NCBI RefSeq assembly: GCF_964204645.1
Contig: NC_134028.1
Coordinates: 22,440,345 to 22,504,344, forward strand
Source: Tubulanus polymorphus
Taxonomy: Eukaryota > Animalia > Nemertea
Length of the DNA: 64,000 nt
Direction of reading: 5' to 3'
Every line of letters begins with the position of its first letter. Position 1 is the first letter of the stretch. This document shows positions 1-11,435 of the stretch, one piece after another. The notes beneath the pieces are model-generated. The model ran no database searches. It was given only the letters and a program-made list of their open reading frames with translations, and was not told the DNA's origin. The position numbers were made by a program, and so were the translations under genes.

Positions 1-21
1 TCAGAAAGAAATGGTGGAAAG
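1..21 (+). CDS. Ionotropic glutamate receptor, partial exon (end of S2 ligand-binding lobe, ..RKKWWK)
   Basis: tc aga aag aaa tgg tgg aaa g|GTACTG: KKWW motif typical of the iGluR S2 end; phase-1 donor joins exon 245 to give KWWK-D-GGRC. The exon starts before the window. Confidence 0.8.
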
Positions 22-244
22 GTACTGTCCGGAATTTGATTTCTATTTTCATTCTAAAAGAATCTGTTCAAGTAAGTAACCACCGTTCGCTGAAATCACA
101 GCAGCTTGAATGGTGAACGTAGGTATCACTTTGAACATAAGCTTAAACTTTCCCTGATAGCGCTCCCATTCGGGGAGACTAGTGATGAACCCCAGAGAAG
201 GAAAACAAAATCCCATAAGGTTAATTAATCTATTTATGTTGTAG

Positions 245-414
245 ATGGCGGTCGCTGTGCGGGTGTCGGCTCATCGACTACGACTAGTTTACCGTTGTCA
301 AAGATGGCGGGCGTGTTCTACTGTTTAGGAGGCGGAATCGGCATCTCGCTTTTATGCGTCGGCATTGACGTCATATGGAACAAAATGAGGAACAGATATT
401 GCACGAAAAGAAGA
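245..414 (+). CDS. Ionotropic glutamate receptor (non-NMDA, AMPA/kainate-like), M4 transmembrane exon
   Basis: Acceptor tttatgttgtAG|, donor |GTAATT; translation DGGRCAGVGSSTTTSLPLSKMAGVFYCLGGGIGISLLCVGIDVIWNKMRNRYCTKRR resembles AMPA receptor pre-M4/M4 (GEC...[23 protein letters not shown]). Confidence 0.88.
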
Positions 415-859
415 GTAATTCATTCTATGTTTTCAATTCGTCGTTTTGATACCCCGTGTTTTATTTAATAGAGCGAGGAACTGCATAACGAGCTGAACCG
501 CCAGATGGCGCAACGTGCAAGCAGTTTTTCGTTATCAGAATTAGTTCAATATCACACGATCAATACATGATCACTGGATCCACAAAATGTACCTTAAATC
601 CATATTTCTACTCAGTGTTTAGTATAGTACTAATTGAAAATTGATCAATTTAGAGCGAAGGTTATTCGATTTTAACTGACAAGTTATTTGAATTGAACCC
701 GTTAGACCGGGTACTTACTCGCGAACCTGGTGGGTCCTCGCTTGCCATAAGTTGAATCCTCGATTGCCGTAGGAGCGTTGGACAGTTCCCCATTCGCAAG
801 ACGTCCACGCTAAAAATCATGCTCGCTATCTCTGAACACGTTCATTTCTGTCGTTTCAG

Positions 860-1006
860 TCGAAAGTCGAAGAGAATCCCAGTTCGCACGGTGACACGAA
901 CGACATTCGCAAGAACCACGCAAAATTCTCCGAAAAAGTTCTCAATCGATACAGCGGCGGCATCGATTCGCCGGATATCTCCTCCTACGACGCCCGTGAA
1001 GCGTGA
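860..1006 (+). CDS. Ionotropic glutamate receptor, probable terminal coding exon (cytoplasmic tail)
   Basis: Polypyrimidine acceptor tttctgtcgtttcAG| at 859; phase 0 compatible with the upstream exon; open frame SKVEENPSSHGDTNDIRKNHAKFSEKVLNRYSGGIDSPDISSYDAREA* (TGA 1004-1006). Confidence 0.65.
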   Translation, partial: SKVEENPSSHGDTNDIRKNHAKFSEKVLNRYSGGIDSPDISSYDAREA

Positions 1007-1662
1007 GCTGGCTATAAACTGATTAAAACATTATTACGTCGATCAATACCGCGACCGCGTTACCTTCTGAGATATAGATAACGAGGTCATCATCACTCCA
1101 CCAATAATCGACTATTCTGTATTCAGTGGACTGTTGTTGGATATGGATCTGTCTTAAAGTTGATACGTTTTTACATTCTATATACATTGTTAATGATAAT
1201 TTCCTCGTATTATATGTCTAAATGTTTCGTCCGCTCGTCTGCCGTAATCGACGCCGGAAAATACCGATGATTCCCGATGCGAAGACGCTGACCCGAGGAA
1301 CGAGTCTACGCTGATATCTGCTTGTTATTGACGTCGACGTGGAACCGACGTTGACATTGTTATTTGTTGTCAACTTGTCATCGCGCGAGTCTCCGTGTAG
1401 AAAAAACCGCGCTGTTGTTGCTGAAGGTCGTGTTGTACCATATACGAATGGCGTATGAAGTTGAAACGTGAATCAAATCTCGTGAAACTTTTTTTAAGCT
1501 GAATCAAACAGACTCCGTTAATAGAGTTACCACCATGAGTATCAACTTTTTATGTGCTTTACCTCCGACTTGACCCGGACTCCAGGACTCCAGGTCCTGT
1601 TCTACAGTTGGAAAGTCGATCTAATATCTATTCGGAGGTTTTTTAGTTATATACGGATTCAG

Positions 1663-1800
1663 GGCCCAGTTCCATAGTCGGCACTCAAGTCCCAAAGTGG
1701 TCTTATATCTTAAGACTGGTCTTTGGTTGTTAGATTTGCCTTAGATCGAAGTTGGTCTTAGACTGGTCTTAAGTCTAAGCCATGACTATGCACCCGGCCC
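1663..1800. mobile_element. MITE family A (~140 bp, GGCCC..GGGCC-type TIRs, Harbinger-like)
   Basis: Ends ggcccagttccatagtc / gactatgcacccggccc; body closely matches copies at 41752-41889, 41931-42070 and 42190-42324. Confidence 0.8.
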
Positions 1801-2007
1801 CAAGAGCCTAAAAATCTAGTTCAGAATTTATCTTATTTCTGTCTTCCTGTACGTATGGAGGCTTTGAGGATATGTGAAAATGTGTTTTTGTGTCGCCATA
1901 TTGTGTATCTTATAATCAAACCACCTCAACACTTTGTTTTCAGATCGATTCAATGAAAAAAGCGGGTCATTCGTTTGTAAAAAGACTACAAATTTTAACG
2001 AAATATC

Positions 2008-2013
2008 AATAAA
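2008..2013 (+). promoter_or_regulatory. Candidate polyadenylation signal for the iGluR gene
   Basis: AATAAA followed ~25 nt later by GT-rich gtggtgttgtttcagttt; an alternative ATTAAA lies at 1022-1027. Confidence 0.3.
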
Positions 2014-2066
2014 CTATGTAAATGTTTTCTAAGCTCGTGGTGTTGTTTCAGTTTGGTCTTCAAGAA

Positions 2067-2539
2067 TGTAGGTAAAACATTTCCCCGGAAGAAAATGTCC
2101 CATAAGGTAGGAAGAAAATGTCCCTGTCTTTCATTTACTAATCTAGTAGATTTCAGATCAAATTAACGCCAGAAAACAAACTTGGCGATTGGGTAAATTG
2201 CACACTAACCATAAAAAATAATGCACTGAGTGCCCATTAGAATATTAGGCTATAATAATGGCATTAGTTAGTTTTGCCTATGAGATCATGCGAACTTATT
2301 ACATGGTACGTCTAATTTAAAAAGATTTCACAATTGAATTGAAAGCGCAGTTGCTAAATTACATATCATTAATGGAGAAAACTATGAAAAGTAATTAAGT
2401 AAATGCACCGGTTACTTTAATCAATTTGTTCTCTGGTATTATAATGATGTGAAATCGACTACGTAAGCGAGTTAGTAATGATAGACTGGGACATTTTTTT
2501 CCGGGAATATTTTTTCCCAGGACACTTCTACCGTATACC
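2067..2539. mobile_element. Foldback-like non-autonomous element with arrays of GGAAAAAATGTCCC / GGGACATTTTTTCC subrepeats
   Basis: aaaatgtccc repeats at the left end and gggacattttttt at the right end in inverted orientation; same architecture at 6708-6933. Confidence 0.55.
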
Positions 2540-3664
2540 GGTAGAAGTGGCTATCGCAGTTATCCCTCAATCGATATCAATACTGTCGCTATTTGTCTTA
2601 TCGCGCCGACAGGTGAGAAGTCGAGCGTACGTTGCACAGAGTGATGGTGATAATTGAACGTAAGTTGTATGTCGAAGAATGTTGTCGGATATTGTCGTGT
2701 AGTCGTCTAACTCGATTGTTCGGTCTCCTCGATTCAAACAGATTCGGCTTCGAGACAGTATTGGTAAAAGACGCCAGACTGATAGATCCTTCTGCAGCAT
2801 CGACTCACGTTTGTCTGGCGTTCTCTTGGCAGTTGTCAGGATTACCTCGTCCGCCTCGTCAAACTAAGCCTTTGATATCAATCGACGGATATAAATATTG
2901 TCAAATCTATATATACGTCATCCGACACGGACCGATGTTGACTGCAAAATGCCTATAGCTGAATGTGACTCTCCCTCAATAGATATATGCTAAACTACGA
3001 TTGATAAAACACATCCATCTTAAAGCGATGTGTAGAGAGAATCCGACAATAATAACGGAAAAATAGTCATCTTCAGGACCGCGTGGGTTCATCGGACTGG
3101 TACTCCTACCATATGGGGGTGGGGGTTAGAAACAGGGACTATGCGTTAAGGTGTGGTATAGGGTTTCCTTGTGTGATAAGTAGACCTACTTTCAGTCCTC
3201 TCTGTACACGGTCCGTGTGTATGTTGGATGGATCGACCGCTCCGATTGAAATCGGCGTCATTGATTTTTCAAAAATCCAGAAGTTGTAGATACAAAGTTG
3301 ACAGTTTTTCCTAACGCTTTTGCTCAAAGGCTTTCGCATATAGTCGACGCTGTCGTCGGACGAAACGAGTTAACATAACACCCGCCGTGGCGGATGTGGT
3401 GATAAGCTTAAATAAGTCATAAATACACCTTCAGATGCATTGACTTCGAACTCCGTCTTAGTCTTGAATAAAATGAATATTTCAGCAAGTAGAAACAGAC
3501 GAATGAATATCTCCAGTCAGATTCTCTCCATAGCGCGCATAATGTGCTGCTTATTTTTCCATAGCACTGGCGAATAATTTGATATATGTCATTTTGTCAC
3601 AGCGAGGACTCGACGCGTCCGTTGCCGCTGAGTTACTTCGTAGTCAGCGATAGAGCTATAATAT

Positions 3665-4000
3665 AAGCCGCGATCACACGGAGACGATTTGGCCCGTGCC
3701 AAATTGGCACGGATCAAAAGCGGGTCGAGCCAAATTCGGCCCGAGTCTAATTAGAGATTCACACGTAAATCACTCGATACTAAACAATGCTCAAACAAAG
3801 CGAAGTGATTCATTTCCGGTACCAGTTGCAATTCCAACGCAATCATTTATCCCGTGCTAAAATTCGGCTCGGGCCTGGTACGACGTTTTTAGTCGGGCCA
3901 AATTGGGCTTGTGACAAACAGGCGCGGGTCCATTTGGCATCCGTGTGAACATTGTTCCGAGTCAAGTTTACCACGTGCCAAATTTGGCCCGGACCAAAAG
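3665..4000. mobile_element. Non-autonomous DNA transposon fragment (Harbinger-like left end, internal CCAAATT-GGCCCG/GGCACG subrepeats)
   Basis: Begins taagccgcgatcacacgg, similar to the TIR at 13838; multiple direct and inverted ccaaatt(t/c)ggc(c/a)cg motifs; right TIR not found. Confidence 0.5.
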
Positions 4001-4567
4001 CGCTATTGTCAGCAGTATTTTTGGTTCAGCTACACGATGACTCGTGATAACCCGAGACATTGTAGAGAATGGCTGTTTTATCAGTTAATTGAATTATGAC
4101 GCTAGACTGGTTCCTCTCTAATCAATTTATACCTCTTCGATTCAATTTCATTCATAGTTTATTTGTATAGAATAAGTATAATGCATACAATCAGTCAAAA
4201 ATCTGTGTTGAATATGTAACTTATTCTACCGCGTGGCTCCACTCCGCAGCTAAACCATCTTTCCAGAGTGGAGCGTCCGGAGAAGTCCGGATCATCATGT
4301 GATCGATAAGGAGGCATCCGGTCGTCATAAAGCTCGCCGATACAGTCTTCGTCGCACGGAGCGGCCCAGTCTACATCAGACAGAGGCAGCAGCGACCTCG
4401 ACGGTGTATCGGAAGTTAATACCTCGTTAAAAACGCATTTAACGGTATTGAAATTAATGTGAAGTCCTTGTGACGACGCGTCTGTAGTTAAATCGAACGC
4501 GGTAGAATTTTCCTGCTGCCTAAGACGAACCGGGCTCGTCATGAATAATCATTTAGAATCTTGTCAA

Positions 4568-4848
4568 CCCTTTCAGTGCTGGCTAATTAATACCCTATAG
4601 TGCTGGAGATGATTTGAAAATTTTTGAAAATTCCACCCTAGTGTGTTAAATAACGGGAATACCACTATAGTGCGTCTACACCGCGGCGCAGTGTATTGTT
4701 AGTTACTAGTATTTCACTATGTTTGACAGGTGCTGCCATCTTTCAAGAGAGATAATTACTAATTACATCAATACACCGCATTGCGGTGTACTAGCAAAAT
4801 CTATCACTGATTTATACACCGCACTGCGGTGTAGACGCACTAAATGGG
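4568..4848. mobile_element. piggyBac-like MITE (degenerate)
   Basis: TIRs ccctttcagtgc / gcactaaatggg with decayed TTAA-like flanks; internal repeated acaccgca(c/t)tgcggtgta palindromes. Confidence 0.5.
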
Positions 4849-6584
4849 TTTGATATACGTAGCATTTGTCAGCGCACGTCATGGTACGGTATTAACCATT
4901 GGACGCATCCCAGACGAGTAAGTTCTGATCTTTACGAAAGATGGTGAGGCACTTTGGCCAATTCGGGCTGTTGGACGTATGGTAGCAATGGAATAGGTTA
5001 TAGACAAATTATACGAGGCCAAATCGTGATTTTGAAAATACTTTGCTGCATTGTCGGACCAGGGGGCCGACCTAAACCTCAGTGTAACCATGTACACCAC
5101 CATAAAAAACGATTGCACACGTCTCAGTCACCAGACAAAACAAAGATTCACGCGTTTTTTGTAACAAAATCATCGTTTGAATTATTATTTCAAATCAAAT
5201 ATATGCAAATCACAACATTGCCATTAAATAATATTTATCTAATCACGATAATGATAATATGTACATAATATACAATAACAAAATGTCGTGAACATTTTTT
5301 CAGTCGTCAACAATTAAAGCCACAGACGGTCGATCAATAGATAATAACAATGATGATTATCATAATGATAATGATAGTGATGATGAGGTCGATGATTGAA
5401 ATGATCAGTGGATGACGATGAAAGAAATGAGGGTGGACGAAGGTAACGAACGAAACGAAAAATCGCCATAAATAAATAACAGATTTGAAGGTTTTGCCAG
5501 GACCGGAGTTACGGAGTAACAACAGCATTTTTAGGAACACTTCTCCTGATAAGATCTACCATATCTAAACACTAATGTGTTTTGTCAAAATGCTAACGTG
5601 GCATGTCGAACGGGAAACTGCATTGCGAATGTGCGTTGCGGATCAGGCGCGGAACCAACGTATTCCACATATCAGCGAAACCCTCTGTCGCAACGTAAGA
5701 CAAACCGCATGCATATATTCTCTATCCTAATTAACTTAATCCTTATCTTCGGAACCGTGTGCGAAGCGTTGCGATTTCAAAGAGCTACGTAAGACGACTA
5801 ATATTTCGAAGTATCTTTACAATATTCTGGTATTGTTTGTCACGATAGGATAGGCTACGTTCTAATGGCTACGTACGTATCCACTAACCAGGTCACGTAA
5901 TGAGGCCAAGGTAATTCAAAAATAGATTTACCCCTTTCACAGCGAATTGAGCGCAAGCAAACAAAAAAAGAATTGCACCAGGGACATTTCTAAAGACCTT
6001 TTCAATTAATCATGTAATATGTTGGCAATGTACGACTGTTTCATAACACCTGGTGATAATAATGTCGAATTCAAATGGAATATCGCGTAGTATTTGAAAT
6101 AAGAATCGATTCAAGAATCGATCGTAGTCTGTGTGGGTTAATTTGTAATGTGGGTCTGTAACGCTATTGTAAACAGTCGCGCCTATCAATAGGCGCCGTG
6201 TACACTGATGATTCCGACGATCTAACATGTCGTGTCACTCGTAATCAATTTCGAATACTTTCAATAATCTCTCGCGGTTTCAAAAACCCGAACCCAACAA
6301 CGGTCAAACGTTCAACCCGGGGCCAGTTCGCCAGTTTTCACGTCCCGGAAACTACTCGTTTTGGTCCTAGGATATAAATCTCTATCGATCTTTAAGACCG
6401 GTCTTTAAAACGTATATTTCAAACCTCTATTCGTAACATATGGTCAGGAAAAACTAATAATGATATCTCAAGACCCGCAGCTGTCCGTAGAATTAAACTC
6501 TGCGTCAAAATCAATTAATTTTGAGCCTCGTAGCGTGGTAATGGGGTCATGCGATTAAAAATACCAAATGCTTATAAACAACTG

Positions 6585-6692
6585 GATCCGGTTCCACAGT
6601 TGTGGGTTACAGTTAACTCTGAGTTAAGATTAGTTCATTTTCAATATTTTAACTCGGGGTCAAATCTTAACTGACAACTGTGGAACTGGGTC
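6585..6692. mobile_element. MITE family B (~110 bp), CTG target-site duplication
   Basis: TIR gatccggttccacagttg / caactgtggaactgggtc flanked by ctg on both sides; related copies near 9431-9535, 16578-17068, 21265-21370 and 28185-28235. Confidence 0.8.
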
Positions 6693-6707
6693 CTGCAAAA
6701 TAAGATA

Positions 6708-6933
6708 TACGGTAAAATGTCCCTGGGAGAAATTAACCCCGGAAAAGATGTCCCAGGAAAAGATGTAAATTAACTAATTACCAAGTTAGTGATGATGGAC
6801 CTGTACATTAATTCCTACCTTACAAATGGGACATTTTTTCCGGGAACGTTTTTTCCCTGTGATATCTTTTCCTGTGACACTTTTTCCGGGGATATTCTTT
6901 CCGGGACATTATTTTCCTGGACATGTTTACCTC
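6708..6933. mobile_element. Foldback-like element, second copy of the 2067-2539 family
   Basis: Left arm ggtaaaatgtccc/ggaaaagatgtccc repeats; right arm about six (g/t)gaca-ttttttcc-like units in inverted orientation. Confidence 0.55.
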
Positions 6934-7106
6934 CATTCGTATGAGAAGGCAGATTTCGTTAGAAATAGAGCGATAGATATTGAATGGTATTGAATACATT
7001 ATAATCTGTGCATTAACGATTTGAGTAACACGGAAAAAATATGTAAACGAGTGGCATCTGCACAACCATTATTAATCAGTTTACAGTCGGGCACAAAATG
7101 GCGGCG

Positions 7107-7400
7107 CTATACGAATTGTTGTTTACGTATACGCGAACTTTGATGGCGTATTAAACGATCACTGAGCTCGGATTCGTGGTTGTGTCGGCCGCAGGCGTCG
7201 CCGTTCATTTTAACCGCTAACGTTTTCTTATTGCCGTCGAATCGGATGCTGCAGCTGTCCATGGACGTGCGCCGGTCGTTATCCAGGTAGACCTGCGTGA
7301 ACATACGCTCGCTCGGACTACTGCTGAAGCCCATGCGGCGTCGACGGAGACAACACCTCGATACCGGGAACCATCGCACCCATAACATTTGTAAATCTTT
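7107..7400 (-). CDS. Neuropeptide GPCR, coding exon 3 (helix 8 and C-terminal tail, stop at 7107-7109)
   Basis: Minus-strand acceptor actttttcAG|aaagat; phase 0 gives ..NDSFR|KDLQMLWVRWFPVSRCCLRRRR.. (helix 8 then a CC palmitoylation-type motif, Ser/Thr-rich tail). Confidence 0.8.
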   Translation of the reverse strand, partial: KDLQMLWVRWFPVSRCCLRRRRMGFSSSPSERMFTQVYLDNDRRTSMDSCSIRFDGNKKTLAVKMNGDACGRHNHESELSDRLIRHQSSRIRKQQFV

Positions 7401-8974
7401 CTGAAAAAGTAGATAACGAAACGAATGAACAGATTGTAAACTTTTTATGTGGCATTGGAGATTTCGTTTGAAGTTTCCGTAAAAACCTTGGTAGTTAGAT
7501 CAGCGAGTCTGGAACCGCTATTGTCCTGGATTCACAGGGATTCGAACCCACCACCTCTCGAATTTTAGTCAAATACTCGATCCACCGAACCACGGAAACA
7601 GCACAATGTTCGTAATGTTCAGACGAGATTTATTATAGGCAGGACCCACAAGCTGATGACCTAACGGTTTTATGAGATTTTGGAGAGAAAAGAAAATCTC
7701 TTTCTGGCAATTTTCGACAAAATTATGCCTCTGTTTTTGCAAATGTTTTCTTCTTCAGATCATTTTCGAAAACATTCTGCCCATTTCGACATGAAGTAAG
7801 TTTCGATAGAAGGGGGTTCTCAGAAAGAACTTCGAGGTTCTTACGCAAGTTTTATAGGACCACCCTGTGGATCCGTGTCTGATGTGTTCAAAAATGTACA
7901 TGCAAAACAGGCATATCGAATATGAATTTCAAACATAAACACTTTCAACAAAGTCATCGACAAAGACTGAGCTCATTCCATGTGGTGGATTTCATGCAAG
8001 GCGGGTGTTGATATATTCGAGGTCATACTATCAATGATTATTGATTAAGGGCTCGTCACAAGTGCTCAAGGTGGTTATAGTATATCTACATGCAAACAGA
8101 AAACGGGAAGAGATGCGTATCAATTAGTACGGCGTTCACAAAAACGGGTGCAATCTAGATTTCGATATTTTCCAAATCGTCGGCGAGCTTTGGAAGATGT
8201 CAACAAACAAAACAAAAACATGATTGGAACGTCATTCGTCGATATGATGGGTCGTTAAGAAGTTTGGTATTGCGCCTGATGGGTACATTTTGGCTTGAGA
8301 CGGTGGATGAACCTATGCACTCGTAAACAATTATAGAAAAAGCATTTATTGATAACGTTACGTATAAGGTTTTATGCTGGAACAACGAACTAAGTAAACG
8401 GTAGGTAAGGAGTTTGGAGATGGAGAAATGCCGAATTATACACGTACAAAATATTTATGACGTGCGAAAATCGAAAAAATCTGATGACGGAGGATTTATT
8501 TGTAAAATTTAATACTGCGAGCCCTACATAGGGTTGCGTATAACTTAGCCCGATCTAGTTTATCATAGTTTTCTAACGAACTTACCCGTCTATTGGCACC
8601 TCCACATGGCAAGAGGTCTTTTATATCATCCTACAGTAGACAATATGAACTTCGTTTAAGTCTGATTAAATTTGCTATAAGAATGACAAAAGAGTTTGAG
8701 CACCTAAAAAGCTTTGCGCGTGATCCATCGATAACCTACGGAACGTATTCTTCTATCTACGCGTGATTCGAAACGAATTTAAAAAACGGAAAGATTATTG
8801 CGAAACGTTGTGAATTTTTGCCGATGTGAAATGATATCTATTGCTATTTGGCGATATGCGTGTGATTGATAAAATAAACTAATAATCAACTAATACAGGG
8901 CTATGAGAGTGCCGTTCTGATTGGTGACGAGATTGCTAATATTGGCCAATCAGAACTACTTTAACTTGACGAGC

Positions 8975-9380
8975 GCCAAGTAGCACAGGCGTAGCTTAAG
9001 TGCAAATATGAATATGGTCTTAAATCTTAGATTGAATATAGAACCAAAATGAGCAGAGATTGGTTTAATGCTTGTTTCATTGGCTTTAGAACCAAAATGA
9101 GCTTACACTGGTCAGAAACAAACAGAGCTTAGACCTTTTAAAGCTATTTTATTGGCTTCAGAACCAAGATAAGCTTAGACTGGTCATCACTCGTTAGATT
9201 GTTTATAGAACCAAAATGTACTTAGACCAGTCTGGAGCTGTTTTATTGGCTTTTGGAACTAAAATGAGCTTTGGACTGGCCTTGAGTTGTTAGATTGGCT
9301 ATAGAACCAAAATGAGCTCAGACTGGTCATAAATTGTTGGCTATAGAACCGAAACTGGTACTCTGTATTATGCTCGGGCA
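8975..9380. repeat. Family-A MITE with internally amplified ~47-bp minisatellite (about 6-7 units)
   Basis: Repeated tagaaccaaaatgagcttagactggtc...ttagattggcta units matching the family-A core; decayed MITE left end at ~8975-9030. Confidence 0.7.
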
Positions 9381-11216
9381 CGTTCTTGAATATCCGTATT
9401 GAATTAGATCGTATAAGAGATGATAGAAATGGATCCCGTTCCGCAGTTCGCTTCTGTGAGAGCTAAAACAAGGCGAAGTGGACTTTTTCTAACCTTATAG
9501 CTTCAAATTTGACCGATAACTACGGAACCGGATCCTAATACACATAAAAATATATGTATATTAACAAATGAGAAATTAATTTGTGCTAATATTTATACGT
9601 CGTTTATTGATGGACCGTTACGCAATCTTTTGAGGATGGTGTCCGCCGCCGCTGGCGCTATGCTGTATAATGATATCTTAAACATATGCGTTCTGCAATG
9701 GCGCGTCATCGAATCAAAGGATCATTTTGGAGCTCGATTCATTGAGTTTTGCAATTTGGGGCGGATCAGAATTTTAGATTTTTAGAACGACGCGGGTTCT
9801 TTAAGAGGCGAAGAAATCAATTCTGCGTTGATTATAGTTTTATCTCAGCCAAATCACTGTTTTAAAAGTGTATTTCTTAACTTCAGCGGGAGTGCTTGTG
9901 TGTGAATTTAGTTACTAGAGTGGGATGATTACATTTGCGTAATAGATATTTTGCGTATAGTATAAAAGCAAGAAAATAGTTCGCGTTCAGCTTATTAAGA
10001 AGATATCGCTGGACAAGACACGCCACCGAAATGACAATTGCACGCGCTATTCGCAAGACTACATCTAATCTACAACCATCGCTAATTTGACACCATTTCG
10101 GAAGTCTAGTGCTGGTCGTGCACCGAAAGCCCACGATAAAATATCAACGATTGTTTATAATTCTTTTTGATACAACTAGGACCACAAAGGTTTGTCTATC
10201 GTCAATGTTCGGTAACCGTTAAAGATCAATAGTGCTTCGAAGGTTAACTTGATTTTCGACTATATTCATTTTAAGTCACATAGTCGTAGTACATTTATGG
10301 AACACTAGGCGACGGATAGATTTAGCCTACCATAAATAGTAGTACATGTATGATAATGCATATATATATTGAAAATAACGTTTTTGTGTTTTAGAATTTT
10401 TTTTTCTCTCAATGTATGTAAATATTTGTAAACAAAATTATTTGTCCACCCGCGTACCACATAAATGGTATAGAAGAGTGATAGAATTGTCTCATCGTTT
10501 CCCAGATTCAGACGAGTCGATGGCGTCAAATTAGCGAAGGCATCTAACTACATATATACAGGATGTGCGACAGCAGGCCTTTTGGATTTCACATGATAAC
10601 ACATCTAAGCACCAACAACAGACAACTTAACATGTAGACACATATTTATACAGATATACACAATCATGAATAATAAAGGACTCATGATATATCAATCAGT
10701 ATATGCAAGTTCTTTTTCGCTTCATTTACGATGAAGTAATGTCTACAACGAAATGACTACGCCCTGGACCACCTATAATTACTGATACAAACACTGTCTA
10801 TTTTCGGAGTTGTATCGTGACGCCGCTATCATTTCATCACCGTTCGCAGGAAATCGAATGATGCGTTTTTATCCGGCCGAACTGACCATTTAATCAGGCA
10901 TCGTCTTACACGGAGACTTTACGTCCGAATACATATATGTATAGGCTTTACGTGCCGTGCGACGATTAGGATTTGGATCTTACGGGTTACGTCTGTTATT
11001 GACGTGTTTGCTAACGCGTCTGCAGTCGATGTACGTCGTTAAGTCGCCGTCGGTTTTGACCTCAGGCGACTATTGGTTATAATAGCAGCTATACTTGTGA
11101 TAATATTATGGGAAAAGTCTCACAACACTAGTAATACATTTCGTCTTTTTTTCCTGGATGTGAGATTATTGTGGAACGTATACCTTGTATATTTAAATAC
11201 ACGTATGGTAGCTTAC

Positions 11217-11435
11217 CCTAAAACTGTCATTCATAAACCCGTAAATGATTGGATTGGCAAAACTGTTGGACATGGCGATCCAATGGAAGGCGAAGTACAA
11301 AATATTGAACAGTTCTTGTCTGGAGGTGACCATTTCCGATATGGTTGTACTAAAATCGAGCAATAGGAAAAACGTGTGTAACGGTAACCAGCAAACTCCA
11401 AAAAGCACCACGACTACCACCAACATCTTGATCAC
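11217..11435 (-). CDS. Neuropeptide GPCR, coding exon 2 (TM6-TM7)
   Basis: Acceptor ttgcAG|gtgatc, donor agg|GTAAGC, 219 nt = 73 codons; VIKMLVVVVVLFGVCWLPLHTF...HWIAMSNSFANPIIYGFMNDSFR contains the CWxP and NPxxY motifs. Confidence 0.95.

Noticed and set aside
819-1022. 67-aa ORF MLAISEHV..
   Set aside because: Overlaps the iGluR terminal exon in a different frame; no independent support.
9040-9355. Repeat-spacer-like array
   Set aside because: The apparent spacers are homologous to each other and to the family-A MITE core.
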